64,000 bases of DNA from Tepidimonas sp. UBA997 (GCA_002291945.1 DBAZ01000026.1:31444-95443); one strand, 5' to 3'; shown: positions 46,944-58,286, counted from the stretch's first letter. Notes: a model not told the origin generated them from the letters alone. Numbers and translations: made by a program.

Positions 46944-48308
46944 ATGGAATTCGATACCCTGCTTCTATCCCGCATCCAGTTTGCGGTCAACATCACTTTT
47001 CACATCCTGTTTCCGACCATCACGATCGCGCTGGCCTGGTTCCTGGTGTTTTTCCGCTGGCGTTTCATCCAGACCCGCGACGTGGCCTGGGAAGAAGCCT
47101 ATTACTTCTGGACCAAGATCTTCGCGCTCACGTTTGCGCTGGGGGTGGTGTCGGGCATCGTCATGAGCTTTCAGTTCGGCACCAACTGGCCGGGCTTCAT
47201 GGAGCGCACGGGCAACATTGCAGGTCCCTTGCTCGGTTACGAAGTGCTGACGGCCTTCTTCCTGGAGGCCAGCTTCCTGGGGATCATGCTGTTTGGTCGC
47301 GGCCGCGTGAGCGAGCGCGTCCACATGACGGCGACCGTGCTGGTGGCCTTCGGCACCACCCTGTCGGCGTTCTGGATTCTGGTTCTCAACTCCTGGATGC
47401 AGACCCCGGCCGGGTATGAGTTCGTGCATGGCGAATTCATACCCGCAGACTGGCTGGCCATCGTGTTCAATCCGTCCTTCCCTTACCGCCTGTCTCACAA
47501 GCTGCTGGCCTCGGCCCTGACGGCGTCTTTCCTGATCGCTGGTCTGTGTGCCTGGCAGTTGCTCAAGGGCAGCTCGACGCGCGGTACCCACAAGGCCATG
47601 CGTGCTGCGGTGGCGGTGGCCGCAGTGGTGATCCCCCTGCAATTCGTGGCCGGCGACATGCATGGCCTCAATACCCTGCAGTACCAGCCTGCCAAAGTGG
47701 CGGCGATCGAAGCGGTCTGGGAAACCCAGCGCGGTGCCCCCCTGGTGCTGTTTGGCATCCCGGATGAAGAGGCCCGCACCACCCACTTCGCGATCCAGAT
47801 TCCCAATCTCGCCAGCCTGATCCTCACTCACGAGTGGTACGGCGAGCTCAAGGGGCTCAACGAGTTTGAAGGCTCGCACCCACCGGTGGCCCCCGTGTTC
47901 TATGCCTTTCGGCTGATGGTGGGCGTGGGCACCCTGATGCTGATCGTGGCCTTCTGGGCGGCCTGGAAGCTCTGGCCACAACGGCGTGCCGACAACACCC
48001 AGTTGTCGCGGCCCTTGCTGTGGACATTGGCGGGCATGACTTTCTCCGGCTGGGTGGCCACCTTGGCGGGCTGGTACGTGACCGAAATTGGCCGCCAGCC
48101 CTACATCGTGTACGGCCTGCTGCGCACTGACGAAGTAGTGACGCAAATCGGTGCGGGCAACGTCTGGGTCACGCTGATGGCCTACGTGGTGGTTTACACC
48201 TTGCTGTTGATCGCTTACATCGGTGTGCTCAAGCACATGGCCGAAAATCCGAAACCCGCGGGCGTGCACGCGACTTCGGACGCCACGCTTGGCAAGGCAG
48301 GAGCCTGA
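46944..48308 (+). CDS. cydA: cytochrome bd-type ubiquinol oxidase subunit I (short Q-loop, CIO-like)
   Basis: 454 aa. LSRIQFAVNITFHILFP, GYEVLTAFFLE, and GWYVTEIGRQP motifs. Confidence 0.93.
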   Translation: MEFDTLLLSRIQFAVNITFHILFPTITIALAWFLVFFRWRFIQTRDVAWEEAYYFWTKIFALTFALGVVSGIVMSFQFGTNWPGFMERTGNIAGPLLGYEVLTAFFLEASFLGIMLFGRGRVSERVHMTATVLVAFGTTLSAFWILVLNSWMQTPAGYEFVHGEFIPADWLAIVFNPSFPYRLSHKLLASALTASFLIAGLCAWQLLKGSSTRGTHKAMRAAVAVAAVVIPLQFVAGDMHGLNTLQYQPAKVAAIEAVWETQRGAPLVLFGIPDEEARTTHFAIQIPNLASLILTHEWYGELKGLNEFEGSHPPVAPVFYAFRLMVGVGTLMLIVAFWAAWKLWPQRRADNTQLSRPLLWTLAGMTFSGWVATLAGWYVTEIGRQPYIVYGLLRTDEVVTQIGAGNVWVTLMAYVVVYTLLLIAYIGVLKHMAENPKPAGVHATSDATLGKAGA

Positions 48309-48309
48309 A

Positions 48310-49305
48310 ATGAGCTTTGCAGAATTTCTCCCGCTGTTTTTCATGGCCGTGATGGGGCTTTCGCTCCTGGCCTATGTGATTCTGGATGGCTACGACCTGG
48401 GCGTCGGCATGTTGCTGCCCAGAGGCACGGACGCCCAGAAAGACACCATGATCGCCAGCATTGGGCCCTTCTGGGACGCCAATGAAACCTGGCTGGTGCT
48501 GGGTGTCGGCGTGCTGCTGGTGGCGTTTCCCAAAGCGCATGGTGTGGTGTTGCAGGCCTTGTACCTGCCGGTGGCCATCATGCTGATTGGCTTGATTCTG
48601 CGTGGGGTGGCGTTTGACTTCCGGGCCAAAGCACCATTGGCGTACAAGCCGTTCTGGAACCGGACTTTTTTTGCCGGCTCGCTGGTAGCCAGTGCGGCGC
48701 AGGGCTGGATGCTGGGCAGTTACATCACGGGCTTTGACGGCAGCCTGCTGGGCTGGGCCTTCAGTTTCGCGATCGCTATCACCCTGCCCGCCGCCTACGT
48801 GATGCTGGGTGCCGGCTGGCTGATCATGAAAACGGAGGGAGAGCTCAAGGACAAAGCGGTGCGCTGGGCCCACCAGGCTTTGTGGCCCATGGCGTTTTCC
48901 CTGATGGCCATCTCGTTGGCGACGCCTCTGGTCAGTCAGCAGGTGTGGGACAAGTGGTTTGCCTTGCCTGCCCTGTTCATGCTGCTGCCCGTGCCCCTGG
49001 TGAGCGTGCTGGCGCTGGTGGCCATTCACCGGGTGAGCACGCGCCCACGGGTGGTTCACGCAGGCTATGGCTGGCTGATATTTGCCAACACCGTGCTGAT
49101 CTTCGTGCTGGCCTTTTTCGGGCTGGCATACAGCGTCTATCCCTACGTGGTGATCGGTCAGATGACGGTGTACGAAGCCGCCGCCATCACGCAGTCACTG
49201 ACGGTGACGTTCATTGGCGTGGCGATTACGGTGCCGGTGATCATTGCCTACACCATCTTTATGTACAAGGTGTTCTGGGGTAAGGCTGGCAGCCTGAGTT
49301 ACTGA
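48310..49305 (+). CDS. cydB: cytochrome bd-type ubiquinol oxidase subunit II
   Basis: Start at MSFAEFLPLFFMAVMG.. one nt after the cydA stop. YVILDGYDLGVGML and WDANETWLV motifs. Confidence 0.9.
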   Translation: MSFAEFLPLFFMAVMGLSLLAYVILDGYDLGVGMLLPRGTDAQKDTMIASIGPFWDANETWLVLGVGVLLVAFPKAHGVVLQALYLPVAIMLIGLILRGVAFDFRAKAPLAYKPFWNRTFFAGSLVASAAQGWMLGSYITGFDGSLLGWAFSFAIAITLPAAYVMLGAGWLIMKTEGELKDKAVRWAHQALWPMAFSLMAISLATPLVSQQVWDKWFALPALFMLLPVPLVSVLALVAIHRVSTRPRVVHAGYGWLIFANTVLIFVLAFFGLAYSVYPYVVIGQMTVYEAAAITQSLTVTFIGVAITVPVIIAYTIFMYKVFWGKAGSLSY

Positions 49306-49306
49306 T

Positions 49307-49326
49307 CACAGTTCGTCGTAACTGTG
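49307..49326. terminator. hairpin between convergent cydB and the response-regulator remnant
   Basis: cacagtt-cgtcgt-aactgtg: 7-bp stem with no U-tract. Weak call. Confidence 0.3.
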
Positions 49327-49335
49327 CAGTCCGGT

Positions 49336-49710
49336 TCATGATTCGGCCTTGGGTGCCGGGCGCACCAGCACCATCAGCAACTCGAACTCTTTAGTGCGAA
49401 GAGCCACGGGTTGACCGTCCCGTTGGACGGTGCGCACCGCCAGGTCGATGTCGAGCGCCCCGTGCATCAGACCCGGCAGGGCACGGCCCTCGCTGCGACG
49501 CAGGGCCACCCACATGCGTGCGAGCAGATCTTCCGGCTGGAACGGCTTGACCAGGTAGTCGTCGGCCCCCTCGTCGAGGCCCTGCACCTTGGCGGGCAAT
49601 CCGTCGCGGGCCGACATGATCAGCACCGGGGTCTGGCACCCCAGATGGCGGAGTCGCCGCAACCAGTCCAGCCCGTCGCCATCGGGCAGGCCCAGGTCGA
49701 GCAGGATCAG
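49336..49710 (-). pseudogene. OmpR-family response regulator remnant (truncated at both ends)
   Basis: The frame encodes LILLDLGLPDGDGLDWLRRLR..PVLIMSARD..KVQGLDEGADDYLVKPF..EFELLMVLV, then stops. The first ~45 receiver residues and the last ~55 winged-helix residues are absent. Upstream of LILLD the frame is Trp/Arg-rich nonsense overlapping the PCuAC 3' end. Confidence 0.7.
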
Positions 49711-50201
49711 TGGCGGTGGCCGCCACCGTGGCCGTGACCGCCGCCGCCACCATGCCCACCACCGTGCCCGCCAGCGAGCGCACGTACCGTGGCAACGATT
49801 TGCTGGGTATGCCGAAGCCGGTTGGCGTCCTCGAACACCAGGGTGATGGGCACATTCTGGCCCGCCTGCAGCGGCTGCTTGAGGTCCATCAGCATGACGT
49901 GCAAGCCGCCGGGCTTGAGCTCGACGGTTTGTCCGGCGGCCAGGTCCAGCCCAGCGATCTGGCGCATGCGCATGACGTTGTTGTCCATCGCCATCTCATG
50001 GATTTCCGTCACCCCGGCCACCGGGGAACTGGCTTGCACCAGCCGGGCGGGCTGGGCGGCGGTGAGGCGCATGAAGGCCCCGGTGGCGTGTTGCTGCGCC
50101 ACGGTGCCGCGCACCCAGGCGTCTTGCACGGTCACGGGGGTCTGGGCCGAGGCGGCAGCGCCGAGGGCCAGCAGGGCGGTCAATACAAGGTGTTTCATCA
50201 A
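49707..50201 (-). CDS. periplasmic copper chaperone PCu(A)C (DUF461) with His/Gly-rich C-terminal tail
   Basis: Signal peptide. Copper motifs H..M (EIHEMAMD) and LHVMLMDL. Tail GGHGGGHGGGGGHGHGGGHRH. Confidence 0.85.
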   Translation of the reverse strand: MMKHLVLTALLALGAAASAQTPVTVQDAWVRGTVAQQHATGAFMRLTAAQPARLVQASSPVAGVTEIHEMAMDNNVMRMRQIAGLDLAAGQTVELKPGGLHVMLMDLKQPLQAGQNVPITLVFEDANRLRHTQQIVATVRALAGGHGGGHGGGGGHGHGGGHRH

Positions 50202-50215
50202 AAATGCTCCATAAA

Positions 50216-50875
50216 CTATGCGGTAAACAGACCGGGCGTTGCGGCCCGGCCCGGGTCGTCGTGCAGCAACAGGCGTACGTCGTGGGTGTAGTCGTCCACG
50301 CTTTGCTCGTGCCGCAGCACCACGCGGGGTTGCCCGCGTGGGTCGATCAGGTAGGTCATCGCGGAATGGTCCACGGTGTAGCTGCTGCCGGTGGGCACGT
50401 GCCGGAAAAAGACCCGGAATTCGCTGGCGGCGGCGCGTATCTCGTCCATGCTGCCGGTCAGGGCCAGAAAGGACGGGTCAAACGCCGCCATGTATTCGCG
50501 CAGCATGGCGGGCGTGTCGCGCTCCGGGTCGAGGGTCACGAACAGCAGTTGCACCCGCTGGGCGTCGGCCCCCAGCCCTTGCATGACTTCGCTGGCACGG
50601 GCCAGCGCCGTCGGGCACACATCCGGGCATTGGACGAAACCGAAAAACAGCAGCACCACCCGACCACGGAAGTCGGCCAGCGAACGGGCTTGCCCGTGCT
50701 GGTCGGTCAAGTTGAGCGTGCGGGCATAGGGTGCGCCGGTGATGTCGATGCCACGGAACGCGGCCACCCGACTGGCCGACGGCACCGGCAGGCGCTCGCA
50801 GGCCGCAAGGCCGAGCAGCGCACCCACGGCCACGGCCAGGGCGCTGCGGCGGGAGCAAGAGGAAGTATCAGACAC
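50216..50875 (-). CDS. SCO1/SenC-family copper chaperone / thiol-disulfide oxidoreductase
   Basis: 219 aa. FGFVQCPDVCP CxxxC motif and a downstream conserved His (VDHSAM). Confidence 0.88.
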   Translation of the reverse strand: MSDTSSCSRRSALAVAVGALLGLAACERLPVPSASRVAAFRGIDITGAPYARTLNLTDQHGQARSLADFRGRVVLLFFGFVQCPDVCPTALARASEVMQGLGADAQRVQLLFVTLDPERDTPAMLREYMAAFDPSFLALTGSMDEIRAAASEFRVFFRHVPTGSSYTVDHSAMTYLIDPRGQPRVVLRHEQSVDDYTHDVRLLLHDDPGRAATPGLFTA

Positions 50876-50938
50876 AGCGATGACCTGAAAAAAACCAGAC
50901 CAGCAGGCCGCCTCATGGCAGCCGCCACACGTGGTGCA

Positions 50939-51334
50939 TCAGGTCAGCCGGGGAGGGGCTCGGGTGAGGGCGGACGGCCAGACCGGTGCCGCCACTGGGC
51001 CGGTGTGGTGCAGAGCAGCCGCTGGGGTGGCAGACCGGGGTTGCGGATGCGCCACCTTGGCAGAGGGTGGCAAAGCACCGGCCCCACCCGGCGCGAGGCA
51101 CCAAGCGCAGTCCGCTTGGGCCAAGGTGGAGGAGCGCTCGGGGACGGACTCCAGCAACTCGCCCGACTGGGTGTGGAACCACGCCATCCCCGTCGAGGTG
51201 CAGACCTCCACCCATGCGCCGGGGCTGGCCCAGCGCGCCGCCGCGTGCGAGAGCGTCGGCAGCAGCGCGCCCAGCAACACCGCCGCCACAGCCAGCCATG
51301 TGGTGAATGTGCGGGGCGTGCGCAGGGTGAGCAT
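50939..51334 (-). CDS. DUF2946-like small exported protein (copper-cluster associated)
   Basis: 131 aa. N-terminal TM/signal segment, Cys pattern VEVC...ADCAWC. Positioned upstream of the SCO and PCuAC genes. Family assignment is from memory of typical clusters. Confidence 0.5.
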   Translation of the reverse strand: MLTLRTPRTFTTWLAVAAVLLGALLPTLSHAAARWASPGAWVEVCTSTGMAWFHTQSGELLESVPERSSTLAQADCAWCLAPGGAGALPPSAKVAHPQPRSATPAAALHHTGPVAAPVWPSALTRAPPRLT

Positions 51335-51404
51335 GAGCCGATTGTAGAGAGGTGATCGAGTTTGTCGAGCAGTATGTTCAGCAGTTTATTGAGCCAACGG
51401 GACT

Positions 51405-52313
51405 TCAGTCCAGCAGGCGCTGGAGGGCTTCTTGGTATTTGCTGGCGGTCTGTTCGATCACTTCGCGCGGCAGGCGCGGGGCGGGGGCGGTCTTGTTCCA
51501 GGGCCGGCCGTCCACATGCGCCGTTTCCAGCCAGTCGCGCAGGAATTGCTTGTCGAAGCTGGGCGGGTTCTGGCCTGCAAGGTACTGGTCAGCCGGCCAG
51601 TAACGCGAGCTGTCGGGGGTGAGCACCTCGTCCATCAGCACCAGCGTGCCAGCGGCATCGAGGCCAAACTCGAACTTGGTGTCGGCAATGATGATGCCCT
51701 TGGTTCGCGCATAAGCCGCCGCCGCTTGGTACAGGCGGAGGGACACGTCGCGGATGCGTGCCGCCAAGTCCGGGCCGATCATGGCCACGGTCTGCTCGAA
51801 GGTGATGTTTTCGTCGTGTTCGCCCAGCGCAGCCTTGGCCGCCGGGGTGTAGATCGGTTGGGGCAGTTGGCTGGCGTTCTTCAGGCCTTCGGGCAGGGCT
51901 AGGCCGCACACGCTGCGGCTTTCCTGGTATTCCTTCCAGCCACTGCCGGCCAGATAGCCGCGCACCACCGCTTCCACCGGGATCGGCTGCAACCGCCGGA
52001 CCAGCATGGAGCGCCCGCGCACCAGTGCCTTTTCCTCGTCACTGACCACGCTTTGCGGGTCGTCGCCGGTGAGGTGGATCGGGCAGATGTCCCAGCCGCG
52101 GGGGCCGATCAGGTCGAACCAGAACAGGCTGAGCCGGGTCAGCAACTCGCCTTTGCCGGGGATGGGTTCGCCCATGATCACGTCAAACGCGCTGATGCGG
52201 TCGGACGCGACCATGAGAATGCGGTCGTCGCCCACGGCGTAGTTGTCGCGCACCTTGCCGCGGGCCAGCAGCGGCAGGGACTTGAGGGCGGAGGTGTGCA
52301 GGGCGGGGGTCAT
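51405..52313 (-). CDS. purC: phosphoribosylaminoimidazole-succinocarboxamide (SAICAR) synthase
   Basis: 302 aa. [16 protein letters not shown], and ADTKFEFG motifs. Confidence 0.93.
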   Translation of the reverse strand: MTPALHTSALKSLPLLARGKVRDNYAVGDDRILMVASDRISAFDVIMGEPIPGKGELLTRLSLFWFDLIGPRGWDICPIHLTGDDPQSVVSDEEKALVRGRSMLVRRLQPIPVEAVVRGYLAGSGWKEYQESRSVCGLALPEGLKNASQLPQPIYTPAAKAALGEHDENITFEQTVAMIGPDLAARIRDVSLRLYQAAAAYARTKGIIIADTKFEFGLDAAGTLVLMDEVLTPDSSRYWPADQYLAGQNPPSFDKQFLRDWLETAHVDGRPWNKTAPAPRLPREVIEQTASKYQEALQRLLD

Positions 52314-52314
52314 G

Positions 52315-53379
<1,065 letters not shown>

Positions 53380-53417
53380 GAAAAAACCCCAGAGTATTGG
53401 AAATTCGAGCCCTGATT

Positions 53418-54854
53418 TTAAGAGCTGCCCACCCGGCACAGTTTGAGCATGTTCGTCCCCCCCGGCGAGCCCATCGGTTCGCCGCAGGTGATGGCGTAGA
53501 TGTCGCCCGCCTTCACGATGCCGCGCTCTTTGAGGTAGTTTTCGGCTTGCAGCAGCGCGGTGTCGCGGTCGGCGCTGGTGTCCATCAGCAGCGGGCGCAC
53601 GTTGCGGTACATCGCCATGCGGCGCTGCGAGGCCAGCCGCGACGTGACGGCATAAATGGGGATGTTGACCTTGTGGCGGCTCATCCACAGCGCGGTGGAG
53701 CCGGATTCGGTGAGCGCCACGATGGCCTTGGCACCCAAGTGGGACGCGGTAAACAGCGCCCCCATCGCGATCGACTGGTCGATGCGCTGGAAGCGTTTGC
53801 CCATGAAGTCGTTTTCCAGTTCGTGGTGGTCGGCCTTTTCGGCCGCTTCGCAGATGTTGGCCATCTCGCGCACGGTTTGCAGCGGGTATTTGCCGGCAGC
53901 GGTTTCGGCGCTCAGCATCACGGCGTCGGTGCCGTCGAGCACCGCGTTGGCCACGTCGCTGACTTCGGCGCGGGTGGGCATGGGGGCCAAGATCATGCTT
54001 TCCATCATCTGCGTGGCGGTGATGACGAAGCGGTCGTGCTCGTGCGCCAGGCGGATCATGCGCTTTTGCAAAGCCGGAACGGCGGCATGACCCACCTCGA
54101 CCGCCAAGTCACCCCGGGCGACCATGATGCCGTCGCTGGCGCGCAGGATGTTGTCCAGCTCGGGTATGGCCTCGGCGCGTTCGATCTTGGCCACCAGCGC
54201 TGGCCGGTGCCCGGGCGGGGCCGCCACGTTGCAGAGCTGGCGGGCCAGCTCCATGTCGGTGGCGTTCTTGGGAAAGCTCACTGCCACAAAATCGGCCTGC
54301 AGCGCCATCGCGGTGCGGATGTCGTCCATGTCCTTGGCGGTCAGGGCGGGCGCGGTCAGGCCACCGCCCTGCTTGTTGATGCCCTTGTTGTTCGACAACT
54401 CGCCACCCACTACCACTTCGGTGTGTACGGCGGCCCCGGCCACGCGCAACACCGTCAAGACGATCAGGCCGTCGTTGAGCAACAGGGTGTCACCGGCTTT
54501 GACGTCACGCGGCAGCTCCTTGTAGTCCAGGCCCACGCCTTGGTCGTCGCCCGGCTCGCTGCGGTCGGCGTCCAGCACGAAGGGCTGGCCCGGCTCCAGC
54601 AGCACCTTGCCGCTGGCAAACTTGCCGACGCGTATCTTGGGCCCCTGCAGGTCGGCCATGATGGCGACTTCGCGCCCCGCCCGTTGCGACGCTTCGCGCA
54701 CCAGCCGGGCACGGTTCTGGTGGTCCGACGCCGTGCCGTGCGAAAAATTCAGCCGCACCACATTCACGCCGGCGCGGATCATGGCTTCCAGCAAATCCGG
54801 CTCGCTCGAAGCAGGCCCTAAGGTGGCAACGATCTTGGTGGCGCGGGTGGGCAT
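53418..54854 (-). CDS. pyk: pyruvate kinase
   Basis: Start at [16 protein letters not shown] (478 aa). [15 protein letters not shown], and ATQMMESM motifs. Confidence 0.95.
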   Translation of the reverse strand: MPTRATKIVATLGPASSEPDLLEAMIRAGVNVVRLNFSHGTASDHQNRARLVREASQRAGREVAIMADLQGPKIRVGKFASGKVLLEPGQPFVLDADRSEPGDDQGVGLDYKELPRDVKAGDTLLLNDGLIVLTVLRVAGAAVHTEVVVGGELSNNKGINKQGGGLTAPALTAKDMDDIRTAMALQADFVAVSFPKNATDMELARQLCNVAAPPGHRPALVAKIERAEAIPELDNILRASDGIMVARGDLAVEVGHAAVPALQKRMIRLAHEHDRFVITATQMMESMILAPMPTRAEVSDVANAVLDGTDAVMLSAETAAGKYPLQTVREMANICEAAEKADHHELENDFMGKRFQRIDQSIAMGALFTASHLGAKAIVALTESGSTALWMSRHKVNIPIYAVTSRLASQRRMAMYRNVRPLLMDTSADRDTALLQAENYLKERGIVKAGDIYAITCGEPMGSPGGTNMLKLCRVGSS

Positions 54855-54983
54855 GGATGCAGTCTCCTGTGTATGGCGTCGATTATGTCTTCTGTCCGTG
54901 ACCCTAGGCCTGATAATCGGGGGCATGCCAGAAACCGGCGGCTGGTTGCGACGAGCAGCCGTCAGCATTTGATTGGAGACCCC

Positions 54984-56462
54984 ATGTCGTCAACAGCCGA
55001 ACCTGTCGGTGATGCACTGAAACCCACCTATCTCCGTGGCGACTCGCTGATGGTCATGGCCTTGGCGATCTATGCGGTCGGGGCCGTCGTTGTCGGATTC
55101 CGGTTCGACCAACCGGCCTTCACCTGGGTCACGGCCCTGATCTGGACCGTGCTGCTGTCGCTGCCGGGGTTGATCGGTTACGTGGTGGTCCGGGGGACTC
55201 TGGCGTCGCGGCTGCTGCTTGCGTTTTCCCTTTCGGCGTTGGTGGCCTTGCACATCCACACCTCGATGGGGATGATCGAATTCCATTTTGGGGTGTTCGT
55301 GACGCTGGCCCTGCTGCTGGTTTATCTGGATTGGCGCCCCATCGTGTTCGGTGCCGGGCTGTTTGCCGTGCACCATGTGGTGTTTGACCGTCTGCAGGCC
55401 ATGGGTTTTGGCTTGTACTGCCTCAGCGAAGCCAATTTCGGCGTCATCCTGCTGCACGCCTTTTATGTCGTGGTACAGACGGCCATGCAGGTTTTCCTAG
55501 TTCTGGGGCTGTCGCGCAGCGTCCGCGACAACGCTGAAGTGGCGCTACTGGCGCAGGGGCTGCGCCAGGGAGACCGGATTGCGCTGCAAACCCAGTGGAC
55601 GGTTGCTGCACCGGTCGCCAGAGCGCTCCAAGATAACCTTGGCCTGATATCGAGCGCCGTGTCGATGGTGCGCTCGGCCGCCACCCATGTCCAGGGTGTG
55701 ACGGCAGAGATTGCCAGCGGTAACCGTGACCTGAGCCAGCGAACCGAGCAGACGGCGAGCAGCCTGGAACAGACGGCTGCCAGCATGGTCGAGTTGACCT
55801 CGGGGATCCGCCACACCGCCGAGGCAGCGCAGCAGGCGCGTCAGTTGGTGGCCCATGCCGCCGACATGGCCCATCAGGGCGGTGAGGTGGTGGATCATGT
55901 GACCCAGACCATGGGGCAGATTCACCAGAGCAGCGAACGCATCCGCGACATCATCGGCGTGATTGACGGCATAGCCTTCCAGACCAACATCTTGGCGCTC
56001 AATGCGTCGGTCGAGGCTGCTCGCGCTGGGGAGCAGGGGCGCGGTTTTGCGGTGGTGGCCTCGGAGGTGCGGACGCTGGCCCAACGCAGCGCTCAGGCTG
56101 CCAAGGAAATCAAGGAGCTCATCAATGCCAGCGTGGGCCGGGTGCAGGAAGGCAATGAACAGGCCCGGCGGGCTGCGCAAACCATGCGCGGCATTGTCGA
56201 GGGCGTGCAGCGCGTCCATGACCTGATTGCCGAGATTTCGGCGGCTAGCCGGGAGCAGAGCGAGGGTATGGCCCAGGTCAATACCGCCGTCTCGCACCTC
56301 GACAATGTCACGCAGCAGAATGCCGCCCTGGTGGAGCAGAGCACAGCGGCCGCCGAACAATTGCGGGAACAGGCTGACCGGCTGGTCCAGGCGGTGTCGG
56401 TGTTTGTCGAGTCGGGGGGCGCGACGCAACGTCATGAACCGTTGTTGCGCCTCAACGGTTAA
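54984..56462 (+). CDS. methyl-accepting chemotaxis protein with a ~6-TM His-rich membrane-embedded N-terminal module
   Basis: Start at [10 protein letters not shown]. Residues ~20-180 form six hydrophobic helices, with His in helices 3-6. No recognisable periplasmic or HAMP domain. Canonical MCP signalling domain ([34 protein letters not shown]). Confidence 0.88.
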   Translation: MSSTAEPVGDALKPTYLRGDSLMVMALAIYAVGAVVVGFRFDQPAFTWVTALIWTVLLSLPGLIGYVVVRGTLASRLLLAFSLSALVALHIHTSMGMIEFHFGVFVTLALLLVYLDWRPIVFGAGLFAVHHVVFDRLQAMGFGLYCLSEANFGVILLHAFYVVVQTAMQVFLVLGLSRSVRDNAEVALLAQGLRQGDRIALQTQWTVAAPVARALQDNLGLISSAVSMVRSAATHVQGVTAEIASGNRDLSQRTEQTASSLEQTAASMVELTSGIRHTAEAAQQARQLVAHAADMAHQGGEVVDHVTQTMGQIHQSSERIRDIIGVIDGIAFQTNILALNASVEAARAGEQGRGFAVVASEVRTLAQRSAQAAKEIKELINASVGRVQEGNEQARRAAQTMRGIVEGVQRVHDLIAEISAASREQSEGMAQVNTAVSHLDNVTQQNAALVEQSTAAAEQLREQADRLVQAVSVFVESGGATQRHEPLLRLNG

Positions 56463-56467
56463 GGGTT

Positions 56468-57334
56468 TTGACACCCATGTTGCCGCTCAAAGGCGTCCGC
56501 CTCGTCAGCTTGGCGCTGAATCTGCCCGGCCCCGCAGCCGTGGTGCGACTGCGCGACATGGGTGTGCGCTGCACCCAGGTGCTGCCTCCCGCAGGCGATC
56601 CGATGGCTCTTTACAGCCCACAGGCCTATCAGGTCATGACGACCGGGATTCGTCAACGGACCCTGGATCTCAAATCGGCCACCGGTCAGCGCCAGTTGTA
56701 CAAGCTACTGGCGAACGCCGATGTGCTGCTGACCTCGTTTCGGCCGTCGGCCTTGCACAAGCTGGGGCTGGACGCCAGCACTCTGCGGGAGCGCCACCCC
56801 CATTTGTGCGTGGTGTGTATCGTGGGTGCAGCGGGGCCGCGTGCGCAAGAGCCGGGCCACGACCTCACTTACCAAGCCGAAGCGGGCTTGGTCACGGGCC
56901 TGAACCTACCCGCCAGCCTGCTGGCCGACATGGCCGGTGCGCTGGTCGCCTCGGAGGCGGTGCTCAAAGCCCTGTGGGGCCGACAGCGCACCGGCCAGGC
57001 AGCGCATTTGCAGGTGGCGCTGGCCGATGCCGCACAGTGGCTGGCGCTGCCGGTGCAGTGGGGGCTGGCCGGCCCCGGCACCCTGCTGGGTGGCCGGCAC
57101 GCGGGCTACCGGGTGTATGCCTGCAAAGGCGGGCGGGTGGCGCTCGCCGCGCTGGAGCCGCATTTTGCAGCCAAGCTCGGGCGCATGGTGGGGCTGGGCC
57201 CGCTCACGTCGCAGGACTGCCTGGAGCCTGCCACCCACGACGCGGTGGCGGCCTTCATGGCGCGGCGCACGCGCCGCCAATTGGAGCAACTCGCGCAAAC
57301 GCACGACTTGCCCCTGCATACCCTGCCCGCCTGA
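56468..57334 (+). CDS. CoA-transferase family III (CaiB/BaiF-like), short form
   Basis: 288 aa. LKGVRLVSLALNLPGPAAVVRLRDMGVRCTQVLPPAGDP N-terminal signature. Shorter than the ~400 aa I expect for typical family members. Confidence 0.7.
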   Translation: MTPMLPLKGVRLVSLALNLPGPAAVVRLRDMGVRCTQVLPPAGDPMALYSPQAYQVMTTGIRQRTLDLKSATGQRQLYKLLANADVLLTSFRPSALHKLGLDASTLRERHPHLCVVCIVGAAGPRAQEPGHDLTYQAEAGLVTGLNLPASLLADMAGALVASEAVLKALWGRQRTGQAAHLQVALADAAQWLALPVQWGLAGPGTLLGGRHAGYRVYACKGGRVALAALEPHFAAKLGRMVGLGPLTSQDCLEPATHDAVAAFMARRTRRQLEQLAQTHDLPLHTLPA

Positions 57335-57424
57335 TGGTGTTGGTTTTCAAATGCCTGAAGCCGTGACTTCGATGTATCGTTCGGGCGCAGAGCGCCACAG
57401 GCTGCGCGGGGACGGATCGATAGG

Positions 57425-58243
57425 ATGCTTGCAATGACGCCCACCCCTTCCCATTTCCCCCCCGCTCAAGCCCTGCTGCTGGCCGCTGGCCGTGGCCAGC
57501 GCATGCGCCCGCTCACCGACACCACCCCCAAGCCGCTGCTGGCCGTGCAGGGCAAGCCGCTCATCCAGTGGCACCTGGAGGCCCTGGCCCGGGGTGGGGT
57601 GGGCAGCGTGTGCATCAACACCGCGTGGCTGGGCGAGCAGTTGCCAGCCCGCTGGGGTAGCCGCTTCACGCCGCAGGCCGATGCCTGGGACGGCACCGGG
57701 TCCGCCCCGACGCTGGCCCTGCAATACTCGATGGAGGGACAGGACTTTGGCGGTGCGCTCGAAACCGCGGGCGGCATCGTGCGGGCGCTGCCCCGGCTCG
57801 ATGACGTGTTCTGGCTGCTGGCCGGTGACGTGTTTGCGCCCGAATTCGCTTTCTCGAACGCGGTACGTGCGGCGTTTGCCCGCAGCCCGCTGCTGGCTCA
57901 CATCTGGCTGGTGCCCAACCCGGCGCACCACCCCGAGGGCGACTTTGGCGTGGCGGTGCTGCCCGGTGGCCGCCTGCTGGCCCACAACGGCGCTGACGCG
58001 CCCAAACACACCTATTCCACCATCGGGCTGTACAAAAAGGCGTTTTTTGCGCAGCCGTGGTGCCCGATTCCGGTCGGCAACCCGAATGGCGTGTCGGCCC
58101 CGCTGGCCCCCCTGTTGCGTGCCGCCATCGATGCCGGGCAGGTGGGCGCTTCGGTGTACCCCGACCGCTGGGTGGACGTGGGCACGCCCGAGCGGCTGGC
58201 CGTCCTCAATGCCAGCGCGGCTGTGAGCACGGCGCTGCACTGA
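57425..58243 (+). CDS. murU: nucleotidyltransferase (MurNAc-alpha-1-P uridylyltransferase MurU-like)
   Basis: LLLAAGRGQRMRPLTDTTPKPLL sugar-nucleotidyltransferase motif. Alternative ATG at 57434. Confidence 0.65.
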   Translation: MLAMTPTPSHFPPAQALLLAAGRGQRMRPLTDTTPKPLLAVQGKPLIQWHLEALARGGVGSVCINTAWLGEQLPARWGSRFTPQADAWDGTGSAPTLALQYSMEGQDFGGALETAGGIVRALPRLDDVFWLLAGDVFAPEFAFSNAVRAAFARSPLLAHIWLVPNPAHHPEGDFGVAVLPGGRLLAHNGADAPKHTYSTIGLYKKAFFAQPWCPIPVGNPNGVSAPLAPLLRAAIDAGQVGASVYPDRWVDVGTPERLAVLNASAAVSTALH

Positions 58244-58286
58244 ACCCGAACCGGTCAAGCGGCAACGGATTGGCGCTGAGAGGCTC

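Noticed and set aside
54855-54983. A sigma28 (FliA) promoter upstream of the MCP gene (ccTGATAAtc resembles GCCGATAA).
   Set aside because: The -10 match is imperfect and no TAAA-type -35 element lies at the required distance.
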